In this document: positions 1 to 10,559 of the stretch, piece after piece
How the letters are laid out: the number at the start of each line of letters is the position of its first letter
Position numbering within the stretch: the stretch's first letter is position 1
DNA from: a virus
Strand: one strand, 5' to 3'
Virus record (IMG/VR): IMGVR_UViG_3300028844_004552
Location: 1 to 64,000 of that record
DNA length: 64,000 nucleotides
Notes under the pieces: generated by a model
Told to the model about the DNA's origin: nothing
What the model saw: the letters and a program-made list of their open reading frames with translations, nothing else
The model's database searches: none
Program-made: the position numbers and the translations under genes

Positions 1-2
1 AC

Positions 3-785
3 CAAAAAGGAACAGACGAGCACTGGCATTGGGAATACCATGGAACAGCTGCTAAGTGTCTTGTAACCGAACACCCAAGAGTTTGGGGTTATGAAGTTGA
101 CCCATCAAAGCAACAAGATAGTAGTGTTACAAATCCTAAAGATAGAGATGGTGTAAGGGCGAAATATGCAGATTGTACATATAGAAAAGTAAAAACCAAA
201 GTTGAGGGTTCTGAAACTGCTGGTAATTATACAAAATCAACCGAGGGTGATTCAATAATTACTATTCCAGAAAATAAAGACTTATCACCTTATGATATTA
301 TAATTGTCTATGGTGGTCTTGATAGAGGACCAGACTGGATGCTTACTGAGATTGAAAAATCATCTGTAAAATTACTTAATGAAAATATATTCCTTATTGT
401 GCCATACACAACTGATTGGACTAAGACTGAGGTTTTAATTAATAAGATAAAAAATAATAATAAGTTAAATAATTTTTCAATTGTTGGTTTCTCAGCTGGT
501 GGTAAAATTGCACAACAAAATATTGATAAAAAATCTTGGAACTTCATTGGACTAATCGACCCACTTACAAATAGTAATCTTATTAGTAATACTGATGTTA
601 ATTCAAAAACCTATATGTTATATAACCAAAATCATTGGTCTTGTTGTGCTAACATTCCGAAGGACCAACCAGCCTTGTCAGCTAAAATAAACAAAAAACA
701 GAATGGAAATTCTGAATTTTTAAATATAAAACATGACGATATGGTTGGCACATTCTTTAAGAAATTCAAAGACCAAATAAGCTAA
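3..785 (+). CDS. 5'-truncated multidomain protein: end of a VanY/M15-like peptidase domain plus a C-terminal alpha/beta-hydrolase domain
   Basis: The frame is open from position 3, extending the 339..785 ORF. It reads ...DEHWHWEYHG (ExWH motif of M15B peptidases), then IVYGG, GFSAGG (GxSxG nucleophile elbow) and a C-terminal His. Confidence 0.6.
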   Translation, partial: QKGTDEHWHWEYHGTAAKCLVTEHPRVWGYEVDPSKQQDSSVTNPKDRDGVRAKYADCTYRKVKTKVEGSETAGNYTKSTEGDSIITIPENKDLSPYDIIIVYGGLDRGPDWMLTEIEKSSVKLLNENIFLIVPYTTDWTKTEVLINKIKNNNKLNNFSIVGFSAGGKIAQQNIDKKSWNFIGLIDPLTNSNLISNTDVNSKTYMLYNQNHWSCCANIPKDQPALSAKINKKQNGNSEFLNIKHDDMVGTFFKKFKDQIS

Positions 786-810
786 ACTTGTATGGTTAAT
801 TTATTTTTCG

Positions 811-818
811 TATCTTTG
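811..818 (+). promoter_or_regulatory. Bacteroidota-type -7 promoter element
   Basis: TATCTTTG matches TAnnTTTG just upstream of the ORF at 824. Confidence 0.55.
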
Positions 819-823
819 CAATA

Positions 824-1423
824 ATGATTGCGAATATAGTCACGAGTAATAAACTAGAGGTAGATGATATTGATGATATAAATGTTGTCGAATCGTTGGA
901 TGATATTATCCAAGACCTACCAACACTTGTTACATCATATAAATGGGTAACCGATAACTATGACGACTATGACATCTATGACAAGCAATTAGGTGATAGT
1001 CTTTATTGGACATTCGCTAAAACTGAGCGTAGAGACATCTTCAACAATGATGTAGAGGAATTTATCACTCTTGCTAATCGTGAGCTTATATCGAAGATAA
1101 AGTATGTCTTTGTGGACCCTATACAACTACAGAGAGACACCATAAAGAAAATAATCACCAAGATATATGAATTAAAGGATAAGATAACCTTTAAGAATGG
1201 GGATATGCTTTACATATATGGTGAAAATTTAATATTTGGTATAGACCTTAATCTACTTAAATACATAGGAATCAACCCTATAAAGGTTGAAAAGAAAATA
1301 AAAAGTATTTCGAAGGTTTTTTTGGATGATAAAGAAATATTTATTGAGTATAAAAGCAATATGGAACGACTGGGTGACTCAGTGAAGTACATACCTTACT
1401 TGTACTCGATAAAACATGAATAA
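824..1423 (+). CDS. hypothetical phage protein
   Basis: 199-aa ORF that overlaps the next gene. Confidence 0.7.
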   Translation: MIANIVTSNKLEVDDIDDINVVESLDDIIQDLPTLVTSYKWVTDNYDDYDIYDKQLGDSLYWTFAKTERRDIFNNDVEEFITLANRELISKIKYVFVDPIQLQRDTIKKIITKIYELKDKITFKNGDMLYIYGENLIFGIDLNLLKYIGINPIKVEKKIKSISKVFLDDKEIFIEYKSNMERLGDSVKYIPYLYSIKHE

Positions 1424-1817
1424 AAAAATATTATTAGCGTCATTTATCTTTCCAGAAAGATTAGAATGGTTTTTAAGTTACTTGGAAAATAAATTTTCCA
1501 TCCCTAGAGAGACCGTATTTGTCTACAAAAACCACGATGACGAATCTAAATTAGTTGTTACCTTTAAGTTTGTACTTAAAGATGGTAAACGAGTTAACTT
1601 CAAATCACTATTTCCTAGCGCAATTCTTATACACAAGAAGGGTAATGCTATCTATACAATAAATGCATTAAATAAACTTATAGAAAGTTTACAAGGAGAT
1701 AACATTGGGAACATTGATTACAAATCAATTATAATAGATTGGGAACAATATCAAAATAAGTTGATATTAACTAATAATGGTGAGTTGGTTATATTTGACA
1801 TAGAGAAGGTTTTTTAG
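1416..1817 (+). CDS. hypothetical phage protein
   Basis: 133-aa ORF in an operon context. Confidence 0.75.
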   Translation: MNKKILLASFIFPERLEWFLSYLENKFSIPRETVFVYKNHDDESKLVVTFKFVLKDGKRVNFKSLFPSAILIHKKGNAIYTINALNKLIESLQGDNIGNIDYKSIIIDWEQYQNKLILTNNGELVIFDIEKVF

Positions 1818-1871
1818 TGGTTTCTTGGTATTTATATAATAAAGAATAACACTATATTAAAATATATAATT

Positions 1872-2060
1872 ATGTCAGATAACAAAAACGGAAAAGATTT
1901 ATCAAGCGGATTAGACGATTTTTTAAGTCAAAACCCACAAAACGAACAATCACAAGAAGAATGTACAACTGAGGAATGTCTTATCAAAACAGATAAAAGC
2001 ATTGTTGAGAGAGTTAATAAGAAAATCATCACTGATGATGGTAGACAATTATTAATGTAA
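1872..2060 (+). CDS. small hypothetical protein
   Basis: 62-aa ORF preceded by TATTTATA at 1829-1836. Confidence 0.7.
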   Translation: MSDNKNGKDLSSGLDDFLSQNPQNEQSQEECTTEECLIKTDKSIVERVNKKIITDDGRQLLM

Positions 2061-2064
2061 TATA

Positions 2065-2817
2065 ATGAAGAACAAGAAAATAATATTAAGTGAAGAGTTG
2101 AAGCGATTCAATGCAATCAATGAGTATTCATTCTATGTACCAGAAGGTGATGAACCAGAAGGTGATATCGAAAATTTACTATTAAGTGAAGAAGACCCAG
2201 AAGGTGAAGAAGAACCAGAAGTTGTATCTCCAGAACCAGCTGGTGAAGAAGGTGCAGAAGGTATCGATGACCTTGAAGGTGAAATTGATGCAGAGATGGG
2301 TGGTGAAGAGTTTGCTGATGAACCAGACATGGGTGGTGAAGACCCAGCAATGGATGCTGATATGGACTTATCTGTTGATGAACCAGAAGATGAGGTTGAA
2401 TTAGACGTAACTGAATTAGTTAACAGTACTGATGCAGCTAAACAAGCGGCAGACAATGCAAACAACAAGATAGACCAACTATTAGGAAGTGTATCTAAAC
2501 TAGAAAACCAATTATCATCATTCCAAGGAATAGGAGATAAAATTGATAGCCTTGAAAATGAGCTAGAGAAAAGAGCTCCAACACCAGAAGAGAAAATTGA
2601 AATGAGGTCTTTTGATTCATATCCATATAATCTTAAACTTACAGATTTTTGGGCTGACCAAAAAGGACAATATGATGTTTTAGATACAGATGGTGAAGGA
2701 GAAGGAACACCTAAAGAATATGTACTAACAAAGGATGATGTTGATTCTGATTATTCAGAGTTACAAGTCAAAAATACTCTTGACACTTCAAACCCTTACG
2801 AGGAAGAAGACATCTAA
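2065..2817 (+). CDS. acidic protein, putative head/scaffold-associated
   Basis: Very E/D-rich with a coiled coil; several [IL]-x-E sites near the N-terminus (ILSE, INE, LSE). Confidence 0.55.
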   Translation: MKNKKIILSEELKRFNAINEYSFYVPEGDEPEGDIENLLLSEEDPEGEEEPEVVSPEPAGEEGAEGIDDLEGEIDAEMGGEEFADEPDMGGEDPAMDADMDLSVDEPEDEVELDVTELVNSTDAAKQAADNANNKIDQLLGSVSKLENQLSSFQGIGDKIDSLENELEKRAPTPEEKIEMRSFDSYPYNLKLTDFWADQKGQYDVLDTDGEGEGTPKEYVLTKDDVDSDYSELQVKNTLDTSNPYEEEDI

Positions 2818-2838
2818 TCAAAAGATAATTAAAATACT

Positions 2839-2865
2839 AAAAGCCCTATTAATAGGGCTTTTTTT
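2839..2865 (+). terminator. intrinsic terminator
   Basis: AAAAGCCCTATTAATAGGGCTTTT palindrome followed by a T-run. Confidence 0.85.
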
Positions 2866-2917
2866 ATGTCTTAATATTTTAATTTTAAAAAACATTGCAT
2901 GGTGTTAAAAAGTGTAG

Positions 2918-2977
2918 TATATTTGTAGAAATATCTGGATAAATTACTTGACTTTTTTATAAAAAATAGTATATTTG
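2918..2977 (+). promoter_or_regulatory. tandem Bacteroidota-type promoters for the replication operon
   Basis: TATATTTG at 2918-2925 and 2970-2977, each with TTG about 20 nt upstream. Confidence 0.6.
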
Positions 2978-3034
2978 GGTAACGAAAAAGTAAATAAATA
3001 AATAACAAATAAATAATCAAAACAAACAACAATT

Positions 3035-4000
3035 ATGAGTAGTAGATTAGATGCGATGATGAACCAATACAAAACGAACAGCACATCATCAAAAAGTAAA
3101 GGGTCAAAGAAATTTGACAAAAACAATTATTTTGCAACATTCTTAGAGGATGGTGTATTATCAGCACAAAGACATGTGAGAATTGTAGAACCTAAGGGTG
3201 AAACAGAATCTCCATTTGTGGAAATTATGGGACATAAATCACAAGTTGAAGGACAATGGAAAACATTCATTTGCCCTAAACATGAGAAAGGTGAAAAATG
3301 TCCATTCTGTGAAGCAAGAGAATTACTTCTTGCAACAGGTGATGAAGCTGATAGAAAAGAAGCTATCCAATTTTCTGCAAAGAAAATGTATGTAGTTAAA
3401 TTAATCGATAGAGATAACCCAGACCATGGTGTTAAATTCTGGAGAATTAATCACCACTACAAGCAACAAGGTGTGATGGATAAAATCAATGCTGGAAACA
3501 CGACTTTACCAGCTGGTGAAGACCCAATTTCTACAGCAAATGGTAGAGATATCATTATTACAATTACTGGTGACGGTAAGAAGTCTGCGGTAACGGGAGT
3601 TAACTACGCAATGGCTCAGACACCACTAAGTGAAGATACTGAACAATCAAACGCTTGGTTAGCAAGTGCACATGAGAAGTCATGGGAAGATGTTTATTCA
3701 GTTAAACCTTATGAATTCTTAGAAATCATTGTTAGAGGTGGAGTACCATACTGGCAAAAGGATGATTCTGAAAAAGGTGGAGGGTATGTTGATAAAGCGT
3801 CTCTTACTGAAACTTCTAATACAGAAGAACCTAAGGAAGAATTAGATAGTGAATTATCTATGGGAGTTGCTAATGCTAATGCTGATGCTAACCCACCAAG
3901 AACCTTAACACCAGAAAGTGCGATACCAGAAAATACTGGCGCAGCAGCAACTACTGATGCGGCAACTGATGATGCTGAGGATGACGATTTACCATTCTAA
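3035..4000 (+). CDS. single-stranded DNA-binding protein, T4 gp32-like
   Basis: CP..CPFC Zn motif, GVKFW, acidic tail ending DDDLPF; lies upstream of the recombinase. Confidence 0.8.
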   Translation: MSSRLDAMMNQYKTNSTSSKSKGSKKFDKNNYFATFLEDGVLSAQRHVRIVEPKGETESPFVEIMGHKSQVEGQWKTFICPKHEKGEKCPFCEARELLLATGDEADRKEAIQFSAKKMYVVKLIDRDNPDHGVKFWRINHHYKQQGVMDKINAGNTTLPAGEDPISTANGRDIIITITGDGKKSAVTGVNYAMAQTPLSEDTEQSNAWLASAHEKSWEDVYSVKPYEFLEIIVRGGVPYWQKDDSEKGGGYVDKASLTETSNTEEPKEELDSELSMGVANANADANPPRTLTPESAIPENTGAAATTDAATDDAEDDDLPF

Positions 4001-4016
4001 ATCAAATATTTGAAAT

Positions 4017-4046
4017 AAGGGGTTGCAATTAAGTAACCCCTTTTTT
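4017..4046 (+). terminator. intrinsic terminator
   Basis: AAGGGGTTGC-aattaa-GTAACCCCTT followed by a T-run. Confidence 0.8.
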
Positions 4047-4080
4047 CTATACCTAAAAGAGAGAAAAATTTTATTAACAT

Positions 4081-5178
4081 ATGGCTAAAAAGGCACCAAA
4101 AAAACCAGTCTCAAAGCAGAATTTCAATTTGAGTAAATTTAAAAAAAATAACGGTTATGATATTACCGTAAAAGATAAAGAACTAACATGGATACCATTA
4201 TCGGATTCATTTCATGAAGCACTAAAGATACCAGGACTTGCGAGAGGATACTTTACCTCATTCAGAGGATACTCCAACACAGGTAAATCAACAGCTATTT
4301 ATGAAGCCGTTGCTGGAGCACAAAAAATTGGAGACCTTCCAGTAATTATAGAAACTGAGGGTAACTGGTCATGGGAACATGCTAGAAATATTGGAGTACA
4401 ATTCGAAGAAGTTATCGATGAGGAAACAGGGGAAATTATTGATTATGATGGTGATTTCATCTTCATGAGTGGTGATGACCTTCTTAATGAATATCAATAC
4501 ATAAATTATAAGGATGGTAAGACAGCATCTAAGCCACTTAGAAACGAACCAATAATTGAGGACGTTGCAAGGCTTATGACTGACTTATTAGACGCACAAG
4601 CTGATGGTGAGTTACCGAGAGATATATGTTTCCTTTGGGATTCTGTAGGTTCAATGAATGGTTTCCAATCAGTAATGTCTAAATCAAATAATAACCAATG
4701 GAATGCTGGTTCAATGGAAAGTGCATTTAAATCATTGGTAAACCATAGAATACCTTCATCTAGAAGAATCGGTAAGGAATACATCAACACATTTGCTGTT
4801 GTTCAAAAGATTTGGTTAGATAATGAGAATACAGTTATCAAGCACAAGGGTGGGGAAGCATTTTTCTATTCACCAAGAGTTATTGTTCACTTCGGGGGTA
4901 TCAAGACACATTCAACAGTTAAATTACATGCTACCTCTGGTGGTGAGACATATCAATTCGGTGTAACAACTAAAGTTAGATGTGAGAAGAACCAAGTTAA
5001 TGGTGTTGAAGAACGAGGGGTATTATCTAGTACACCACACGGTTATTGGAATCCAGACAAGTTAGAAGAGTATAAGAAAGAACATAAGGGTTACATCCTT
5101 GGTCGTCTTAACTCTGAATATGATGACTTTACAATTGTACAAGAAGAGGTAACAGAAAAAGTAGATACAAAAGCTTAA
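4081..5178 (+). CDS. RecA/UvsX-like recombinase
   Basis: Walker A GYSNTGKST, IETE catalytic Glu, Walker B FLWDS, GGEAF and KNQV motifs. Confidence 0.85.
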   Translation: MAKKAPKKPVSKQNFNLSKFKKNNGYDITVKDKELTWIPLSDSFHEALKIPGLARGYFTSFRGYSNTGKSTAIYEAVAGAQKIGDLPVIIETEGNWSWEHARNIGVQFEEVIDEETGEIIDYDGDFIFMSGDDLLNEYQYINYKDGKTASKPLRNEPIIEDVARLMTDLLDAQADGELPRDICFLWDSVGSMNGFQSVMSKSNNNQWNAGSMESAFKSLVNHRIPSSRRIGKEYINTFAVVQKIWLDNENTVIKHKGGEAFFYSPRVIVHFGGIKTHSTVKLHATSGGETYQFGVTTKVRCEKNQVNGVEERGVLSSTPHGYWNPDKLEEYKKEHKGYILGRLNSEYDDFTIVQEEVTEKVDTKA

Positions 5179-5210
5179 GTTACCAAGTATTAACCATTTA
5201 ATCACACGAT

Positions 5211-6302
5211 GTGAGAAAGATGCCGCCAAGAACTGGCACAAGAGAGAAAAAATTAAATACACTACTAGTCGATGGGAATGCATTGTTTAAGACAGGTTTC
5301 TTCGGGGCTAGTAGTGAATTTAACAAAGATGGTATCCATATAGGTGGTACCTATCAATTCATTACGGTTTTACGTAAATTATTAACAGAAACAATCTATC
5401 ACCAAGTTTATGTCTTTTGGGATGGACTATTTAGTGGTAAATTACGTTATAATATCTATGAGGATTACAAATCTGACCGTGGAAAGGATTTTATTAATGG
5501 AACACACACAGTTGACCAAAGTGAAGCTAATCAGAAACTTAGGATAACCAAATACCTTGACGAATTATTTATTCGACAAATAATGGACGAAATGGTTGAA
5601 AGTGATGATTATATTGCGTATTATTGTAAAACAAAGAAAGAATATGAAACAGTAACCATATGTACCAATGATGGAGATATGGCTCAATTGATTAACAAGG
5701 GTATTCGGATTTATTTCTGTAACCCACAAATTAAAAATTATGTAACAACAGAAAACTTTAATCTCTACTTTAATTATAAGTTAGAAAATGCCGCATTGGT
5801 TAAATCAATGATAGGTGACCCTAGCGATAGTATAAGAGGTATTAAACGTTTAGGAGAACCAACACTCCTAAAACACTTTCCAGAATTATCAAAAAGGAAA
5901 GTAACCCTAGAAGAAATTCTTATAAAAGCAGATAAACTACAAGAGGACCGAAAACAAGTAAAGAAAAAACCACTTGGTGTCTTAAGTAATATTATCGAAG
6001 GTGTAACCACCACGAAACCAGATGAAGATGGTAAATCACATGACCTAGTAATGGGAATGGAATTATACAATCGAAATTGGAAGTTGGTTAACCTAAAAGA
6101 ACCCATGATGACTGAGGAAGGTCTGGAACAACTAGAATTATATCTAGATGCACCACTATCCCCAGAAGGAAGGAGCATAAAGAACGTCTATACATTGATG
6201 AAAGAAGATGGTTTAGATTGGCTAATAGGTGAGCGAAGGTTTGCCGAATACTTAATTCCGTTCAAAAAACTAATGGAACGAGAATTAAAAAATAACAAGT
6301 AA
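5211..6302 (+). CDS. 5'-3' exonuclease/flap endonuclease (T4 RNase H / PolI N-terminal family)
   Basis: LLVDGN, YKSDR, ESDD, NDGD and the helix-hairpin-helix GDPSDSIRGIKRLG. Confidence 0.88.
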   Translation: MRKMPPRTGTREKKLNTLLVDGNALFKTGFFGASSEFNKDGIHIGGTYQFITVLRKLLTETIYHQVYVFWDGLFSGKLRYNIYEDYKSDRGKDFINGTHTVDQSEANQKLRITKYLDELFIRQIMDEMVESDDYIAYYCKTKKEYETVTICTNDGDMAQLINKGIRIYFCNPQIKNYVTTENFNLYFNYKLENAALVKSMIGDPSDSIRGIKRLGEPTLLKHFPELSKRKVTLEEILIKADKLQEDRKQVKKKPLGVLSNIIEGVTTTKPDEDGKSHDLVMGMELYNRNWKLVNLKEPMMTEEGLEQLELYLDAPLSPEGRSIKNVYTLMKEDGLDWLIGERRFAEYLIPFKKLMERELKNNK

Positions 6303-6316
6303 ATAAAAATAAAATT

Positions 6317-6922
6317 ATGAGAGATAGAAGAATAGAACAACATCCGTTTGAATTTGTCTTAAGAATAAATGGTCATATCATTTGTCAGAGGTATTTCAAT
6401 ATTAACAACTTTAATCCAGATGTGTTAGGGTCGATTGATATGAAAGAGTTATTAGACTCTATTGCTGGAGTAAACAACTCTTGGGGTACTATGGGTATAA
6501 TCCCTACCTACTTAAAAGAACGCTCTGCGGAGTACTTACAGTTTTTTGAGGACAATCAACACCTTTCTCACAAGAACAGAGATAATAATGTTGATAACAT
6601 ATGGGCTAAGTATGATAGCTACACATTCGAAATTAGAATCGAAGGTAAGGTTGTAGGTATATCTGAATTTTCTGGAAATATATTCCCACCAAAAATTAGA
6701 TATAAGGTAAACTTAAAACATGCGACAAATATTTGGGGTGATAAAGTTTTAGATTCAAATGGTTCACCAAAAAATTTGGACATAATTCCAAATATTGTAA
6801 AAGAAATTAAAAAAACTTTTTCACGAAAATCGTACGTTAAAGACTATATGGGGTACCCTTTAGATATTATGGCTCAACAAGAGAAAGAATATGCTAATTA
6901 TGAGTCAACTTTAGCTAACTAA
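6317..6922 (+). CDS. hypothetical phage protein
   Basis: 201-aa ORF between the exonuclease and the helicase. Confidence 0.75.
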   Translation: MRDRRIEQHPFEFVLRINGHIICQRYFNINNFNPDVLGSIDMKELLDSIAGVNNSWGTMGIIPTYLKERSAEYLQFFEDNQHLSHKNRDNNVDNIWAKYDSYTFEIRIEGKVVGISEFSGNIFPPKIRYKVNLKHATNIWGDKVLDSNGSPKNLDIIPNIVKEIKKTFSRKSYVKDYMGYPLDIMAQQEKEYANYESTLAN

Positions 6923-6955
6923 AATGTATTTATTTTATAGAAAGTTTTAATAATT

Positions 6956-8371
6956 ATGAGTGAAGATAAGAAGAAGGATTTTGGGTATTTAGGTTTAGAT
7001 TTTCAAGTAAGATTAATTGCTAATATTTTAACAGATAGAAAATTTGCAAACAATCTTATGGATATTCTAGATGCTAACTATTTCCAAGATGAATTCATTC
7101 GAAAAATAGCTATCACAATTAAAAGTGCATTCGAAAAACATGAGACCGTTCCAGATATGGGAAGTCTAGAGATGAGACTCATGGATACAGCAAAGGATGA
7201 TATTCAAAGAGATTTCGTACTCAAACAATTAAGAAGAGTTAAAGAAGCGAATTTGAATGATACCCTTTGGGTTCAAGAACGTGCACTTAAATTTTGTAAA
7301 CAACAAGAACTAAAGAGAGCAATCAAAGAAATATCTACTATTAGTGACAATGGTGATATGGATGATTATGATGCATGTGTGGAAATCCTACAAAAGGCAC
7401 TAGATACTGGTGATGCGAAGGATGATGGGATAGACGTATTCCATGACATGGACAGTGTTTTATCTGATGACTTTAGAAAACCTATTCCAACTGGAATTAA
7501 GGGTCTTGATGAATGCATGGATGGTGGCTTATCAAAAGGGGAGTTAGCTGTTATCTTAGCACCGTTTGGTGTCGGTAAGACAACAATGGTCACAAAGATT
7601 GCTAACACCGCTAAAAACAAAGAATACAACGTCCTACAAATCTTTTTTGAAGACAACCCTAAGGTTATTCAAAGAAAACATCTAGCTTGCTGGAGTGGGC
7701 ACAATCTAAACGACCTTAAATATCATAAGGACGAGTTGAAAGAGATTGCACTTGCTAAATCAGAAGAAAGAGGACAAATTAAATTGAAAAAATTCCCAAG
7801 TGCTGGTACTACAATACCACACATCAAGCAATACATAAGAAAACAAATCGCACAAGGATTTAGACCAGATATTGTTCTAGTTGATTATATTGACTGTATT
7901 CAGTCAAGTAAGTCATTTAAAGAAAGCTGGGATGCAGAAGGAAACGTGATGCGAGAGTTTGAAACTATGTTAGCTGAATTAGACATCGCTGGATGGACAG
8001 CAGTACAAGGTAACCGAAGTTCTATTGGTGCTGAGACTGTTGATTCGACGATGATTGGTGGTTCTATTAAGAAGGGTCAAATTGGTCACTTTATTGTTTC
8101 TATTGCTAAAACATTAGAGCAAAAGGATAGTGGTCATGCGAATATGGCAATTCTTAAGTCTAGATTTGGTAAGGACGGGATTGTCTTTACTGATGCAATC
8201 TTTGACAACGGAACCATGAAAATTGAAATCGTTGAAGATAACGGTGGACAGAGTTTCCTTGAGAAAAAAGATGACATGTCAAACAAGGGACAACAACGTG
8301 TTAACAGCATACTAGATGCAGCAAAAGAGCGACAGAAAGCACTTGAGGCAGATGAAGAAGATGTATTATAA
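6956..8371 (+). CDS. replicative DNA helicase, DnaB/T4 gp41-like
   Basis: IPTGIKGLD, Walker A APFGVGKT, Walker B VDYID and KSRFG. Confidence 0.9.
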   Translation: MSEDKKKDFGYLGLDFQVRLIANILTDRKFANNLMDILDANYFQDEFIRKIAITIKSAFEKHETVPDMGSLEMRLMDTAKDDIQRDFVLKQLRRVKEANLNDTLWVQERALKFCKQQELKRAIKEISTISDNGDMDDYDACVEILQKALDTGDAKDDGIDVFHDMDSVLSDDFRKPIPTGIKGLDECMDGGLSKGELAVILAPFGVGKTTMVTKIANTAKNKEYNVLQIFFEDNPKVIQRKHLACWSGHNLNDLKYHKDELKEIALAKSEERGQIKLKKFPSAGTTIPHIKQYIRKQIAQGFRPDIVLVDYIDCIQSSKSFKESWDAEGNVMREFETMLAELDIAGWTAVQGNRSSIGAETVDSTMIGGSIKKGQIGHFIVSIAKTLEQKDSGHANMAILKSRFGKDGIVFTDAIFDNGTMKIEIVEDNGGQSFLEKKDDMSNKGQQRVNSILDAAKERQKALEADEEDVL

Positions 8372-8435
8372 CATCTTCTTTTTTTGTCACTAGTAACTAT
8401 TAACACACAAATAACAACTAAAAAAAATTAAATTT

Positions 8436-10445
8436 ATGGATTTATCAACAGAGATACTGTCGGACATTACAGTATACATGAAGTACGCTAAGTACATCCC
8501 TCAACTACAAAGAAGAGAAACTTGGCAAGAATTAGTGACAAGAAACAAAGAAATGCACCAAAAACATTACCCTCACATTACAGACGAAATTGAGGAAGCT
8601 TACAAATTAGTCTACGATAAGAAAGTACTACCATCAATGAGGTCGTTACAATTTGGTGGTAAACCAATTGAGATTTCACCAAATAGAGTTTATAACTGTG
8701 CATATTTACCTATCGACCATTACAAGTCGTTTAGTGAGATTATGTTCTTATTATTAGGTGGAACGGGTGTTGGTTACTCAGTACAAAGACATCACGTAGA
8801 GAAGTTACCAGAAATCAGAAAACCTAATTTAAAAAGAAATAGACGTTTCCTTATTCCAGATTGTATTGAAGGATGGGCTGATGCAATCAAGGTTCTTATG
8901 AGAGCATACTTTGAAGGAATGTCAACACCTATATTTGATTTTTCAGATATTAGAGCAAAGGGTGCACTTTTGGTTACATCGGGTGGTAAGGCACCAGGTC
9001 CACAACCACTTAAAGATTGTATTCATAATATTACAAAAATTCTTGACTCTAAAGAAAACGGTGATAAATTAACAACACTTGAGGTTCATGATATCGTATG
9101 TTACATTGCTGATGCAGTATTAGCTGGTGGTATTCGTAGAGCGGCACTTATTTCATTATTCTCAATGAATGATGATTCTATGCTTACTTGTAAATTTGGA
9201 AATTGGTGGGAGCTTAATCCTCAAAGAGGTAGAGCAAATAACTCATCAGTGATTCTTAGACACAAGATTACCGAAGAAACATTTTTTGACTTATGGAAGA
9301 AGGTTGAGGAATCTAATAGTGGTGAGCCAGGTGTTTATTTCTCTAACGATAGAGATTGGGGAACAAACCCTTGTTGTGAAATCGCACTTAGACCATATCA
9401 ATTCTGTAATCTTACAGAAATAAACGCATCCAACATTACATCACAAGCTGATTTAAATAAACGTGTACGTGCGGCTACCTTTATTGGAACACTTCAAGCT
9501 GGTTACACTGATTTTCATTACTTAAGAGATGTTTGGAAGGAAACAACAGAAAAAGACGCTCTAGTAGGTGTAGGAATGACTGGTATCGGTTCTGGTGCAG
9601 TACTTGAATATGACCTTCATGAAGCTTCACAAGAAGTTCTTACGGAGAACGCTAGAGTAGCAGCATTAATCAACATAAAGAAAGCGGCTAGAACAACAAC
9701 GGTTAAACCATCTGGAACTAGTTCACTTGTTTTAGGTACATCATCTGGAATACATGCGTGGCACAATGATTACTATATTAGAAGAATTAGAGTTGGTAAG
9801 AACGAGGCTATTTATAGTTATTTAGCAATAAATCACCCAGAATTGGTTGAGGATGAGTATTTCAGACCTAACGAGCAAGCAGTAATATCAATACCACAGA
9901 AGGCACCAGAAGGTTCAATCTTTAGACATGAATCTCCAATGCACTTATTAGATAGAGTTAAGAATTTTAACACTAACTGGGTCCGTGGTGGTCATAGAAC
10001 TGGTGAGAATACACATAATGTATCTGTAACTGTTTCTATTAAGAAAGAATTGGATATGATTTCAATCAAGGATGAAGAAGGTAACCCACTTAAGAGTACT
10101 GATGGTAAAGTTATCAAAGAATCTAAGAAAGATGAAGATGGTAACCCAATTTACAGAATCAACGAATGGGGTGGTATTGGTGAATGGATGTGGGATAATA
10201 GACATACATTTAATGGTATTTCAGTTCTTCCATATGATGGTGGTAGCTATATTCAAGCACCATTTGAAGATTGTACTAAAGAAAAGTACGACGAGATGAA
10301 TAAATCACTTCACAACATTGACCTTACTAAGGTTATTGAAATTGAAGATAACACTGACTTAAGTGGTGAATTAGCTTGTGCTGGTGGTGCATGTGAAATT
10401 GACGTAGATTTATCAAGTATTAAAGATATTGATGAAACTGTGTAA
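8436..10445 (+). CDS. nrdJ: class II adenosylcobalamin-dependent ribonucleotide reductase (monomeric RTPR type)
   Basis: PSMRSL, YNCAY, GGIRRAA, NPCCEI, QFCNL, VKPSGTSS and C-terminal CAGGAC redox pair; no beta subunit nearby. Confidence 0.9.
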   Translation: MDLSTEILSDITVYMKYAKYIPQLQRRETWQELVTRNKEMHQKHYPHITDEIEEAYKLVYDKKVLPSMRSLQFGGKPIEISPNRVYNCAYLPIDHYKSFSEIMFLLLGGTGVGYSVQRHHVEKLPEIRKPNLKRNRRFLIPDCIEGWADAIKVLMRAYFEGMSTPIFDFSDIRAKGALLVTSGGKAPGPQPLKDCIHNITKILDSKENGDKLTTLEVHDIVCYIADAVLAGGIRRAALISLFSMNDDSMLTCKFGNWWELNPQRGRANNSSVILRHKITEETFFDLWKKVEESNSGEPGVYFSNDRDWGTNPCCEIALRPYQFCNLTEINASNITSQADLNKRVRAATFIGTLQAGYTDFHYLRDVWKETTEKDALVGVGMTGIGSGAVLEYDLHEASQEVLTENARVAALINIKKAARTTTVKPSGTSSLVLGTSSGIHAWHNDYYIRRIRVGKNEAIYSYLAINHPELVEDEYFRPNEQAVISIPQKAPEGSIFRHESPMHLLDRVKNFNTNWVRGGHRTGENTHNVSVTVSIKKELDMISIKDEEGNPLKSTDGKVIKESKKDEDGNPIYRINEWGGIGEWMWDNRHTFNGISVLPYDGGSYIQAPFEDCTKEKYDEMNKSLHNIDLTKVIEIEDNTDLSGELACAGGACEIDVDLSSIKDIDETV

Positions 10446-10465
10446 ACCATTGATAACACTACAAT

Positions 10466-10496
10466 AAAAGGGCTCGTCGAAAGATGAGCCTTTTTT
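10466..10496 (+). terminator. intrinsic terminator
   Basis: GGCTCGTC-GAAA-GATGAGCC followed by a T-run. Confidence 0.85.
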
Positions 10497-10559
10497 ATTT
10501 GTACTATTTAGTTATTAAAAATATTTATTATACTATTTATGTAATAAAGAAAGTATAAT

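Noticed and set aside
6956-10445. Inteins or introns in the helicase or RNR
   Set aside because: Lengths are normal, and there are no intein C..HN termini or homing endonuclease motifs.
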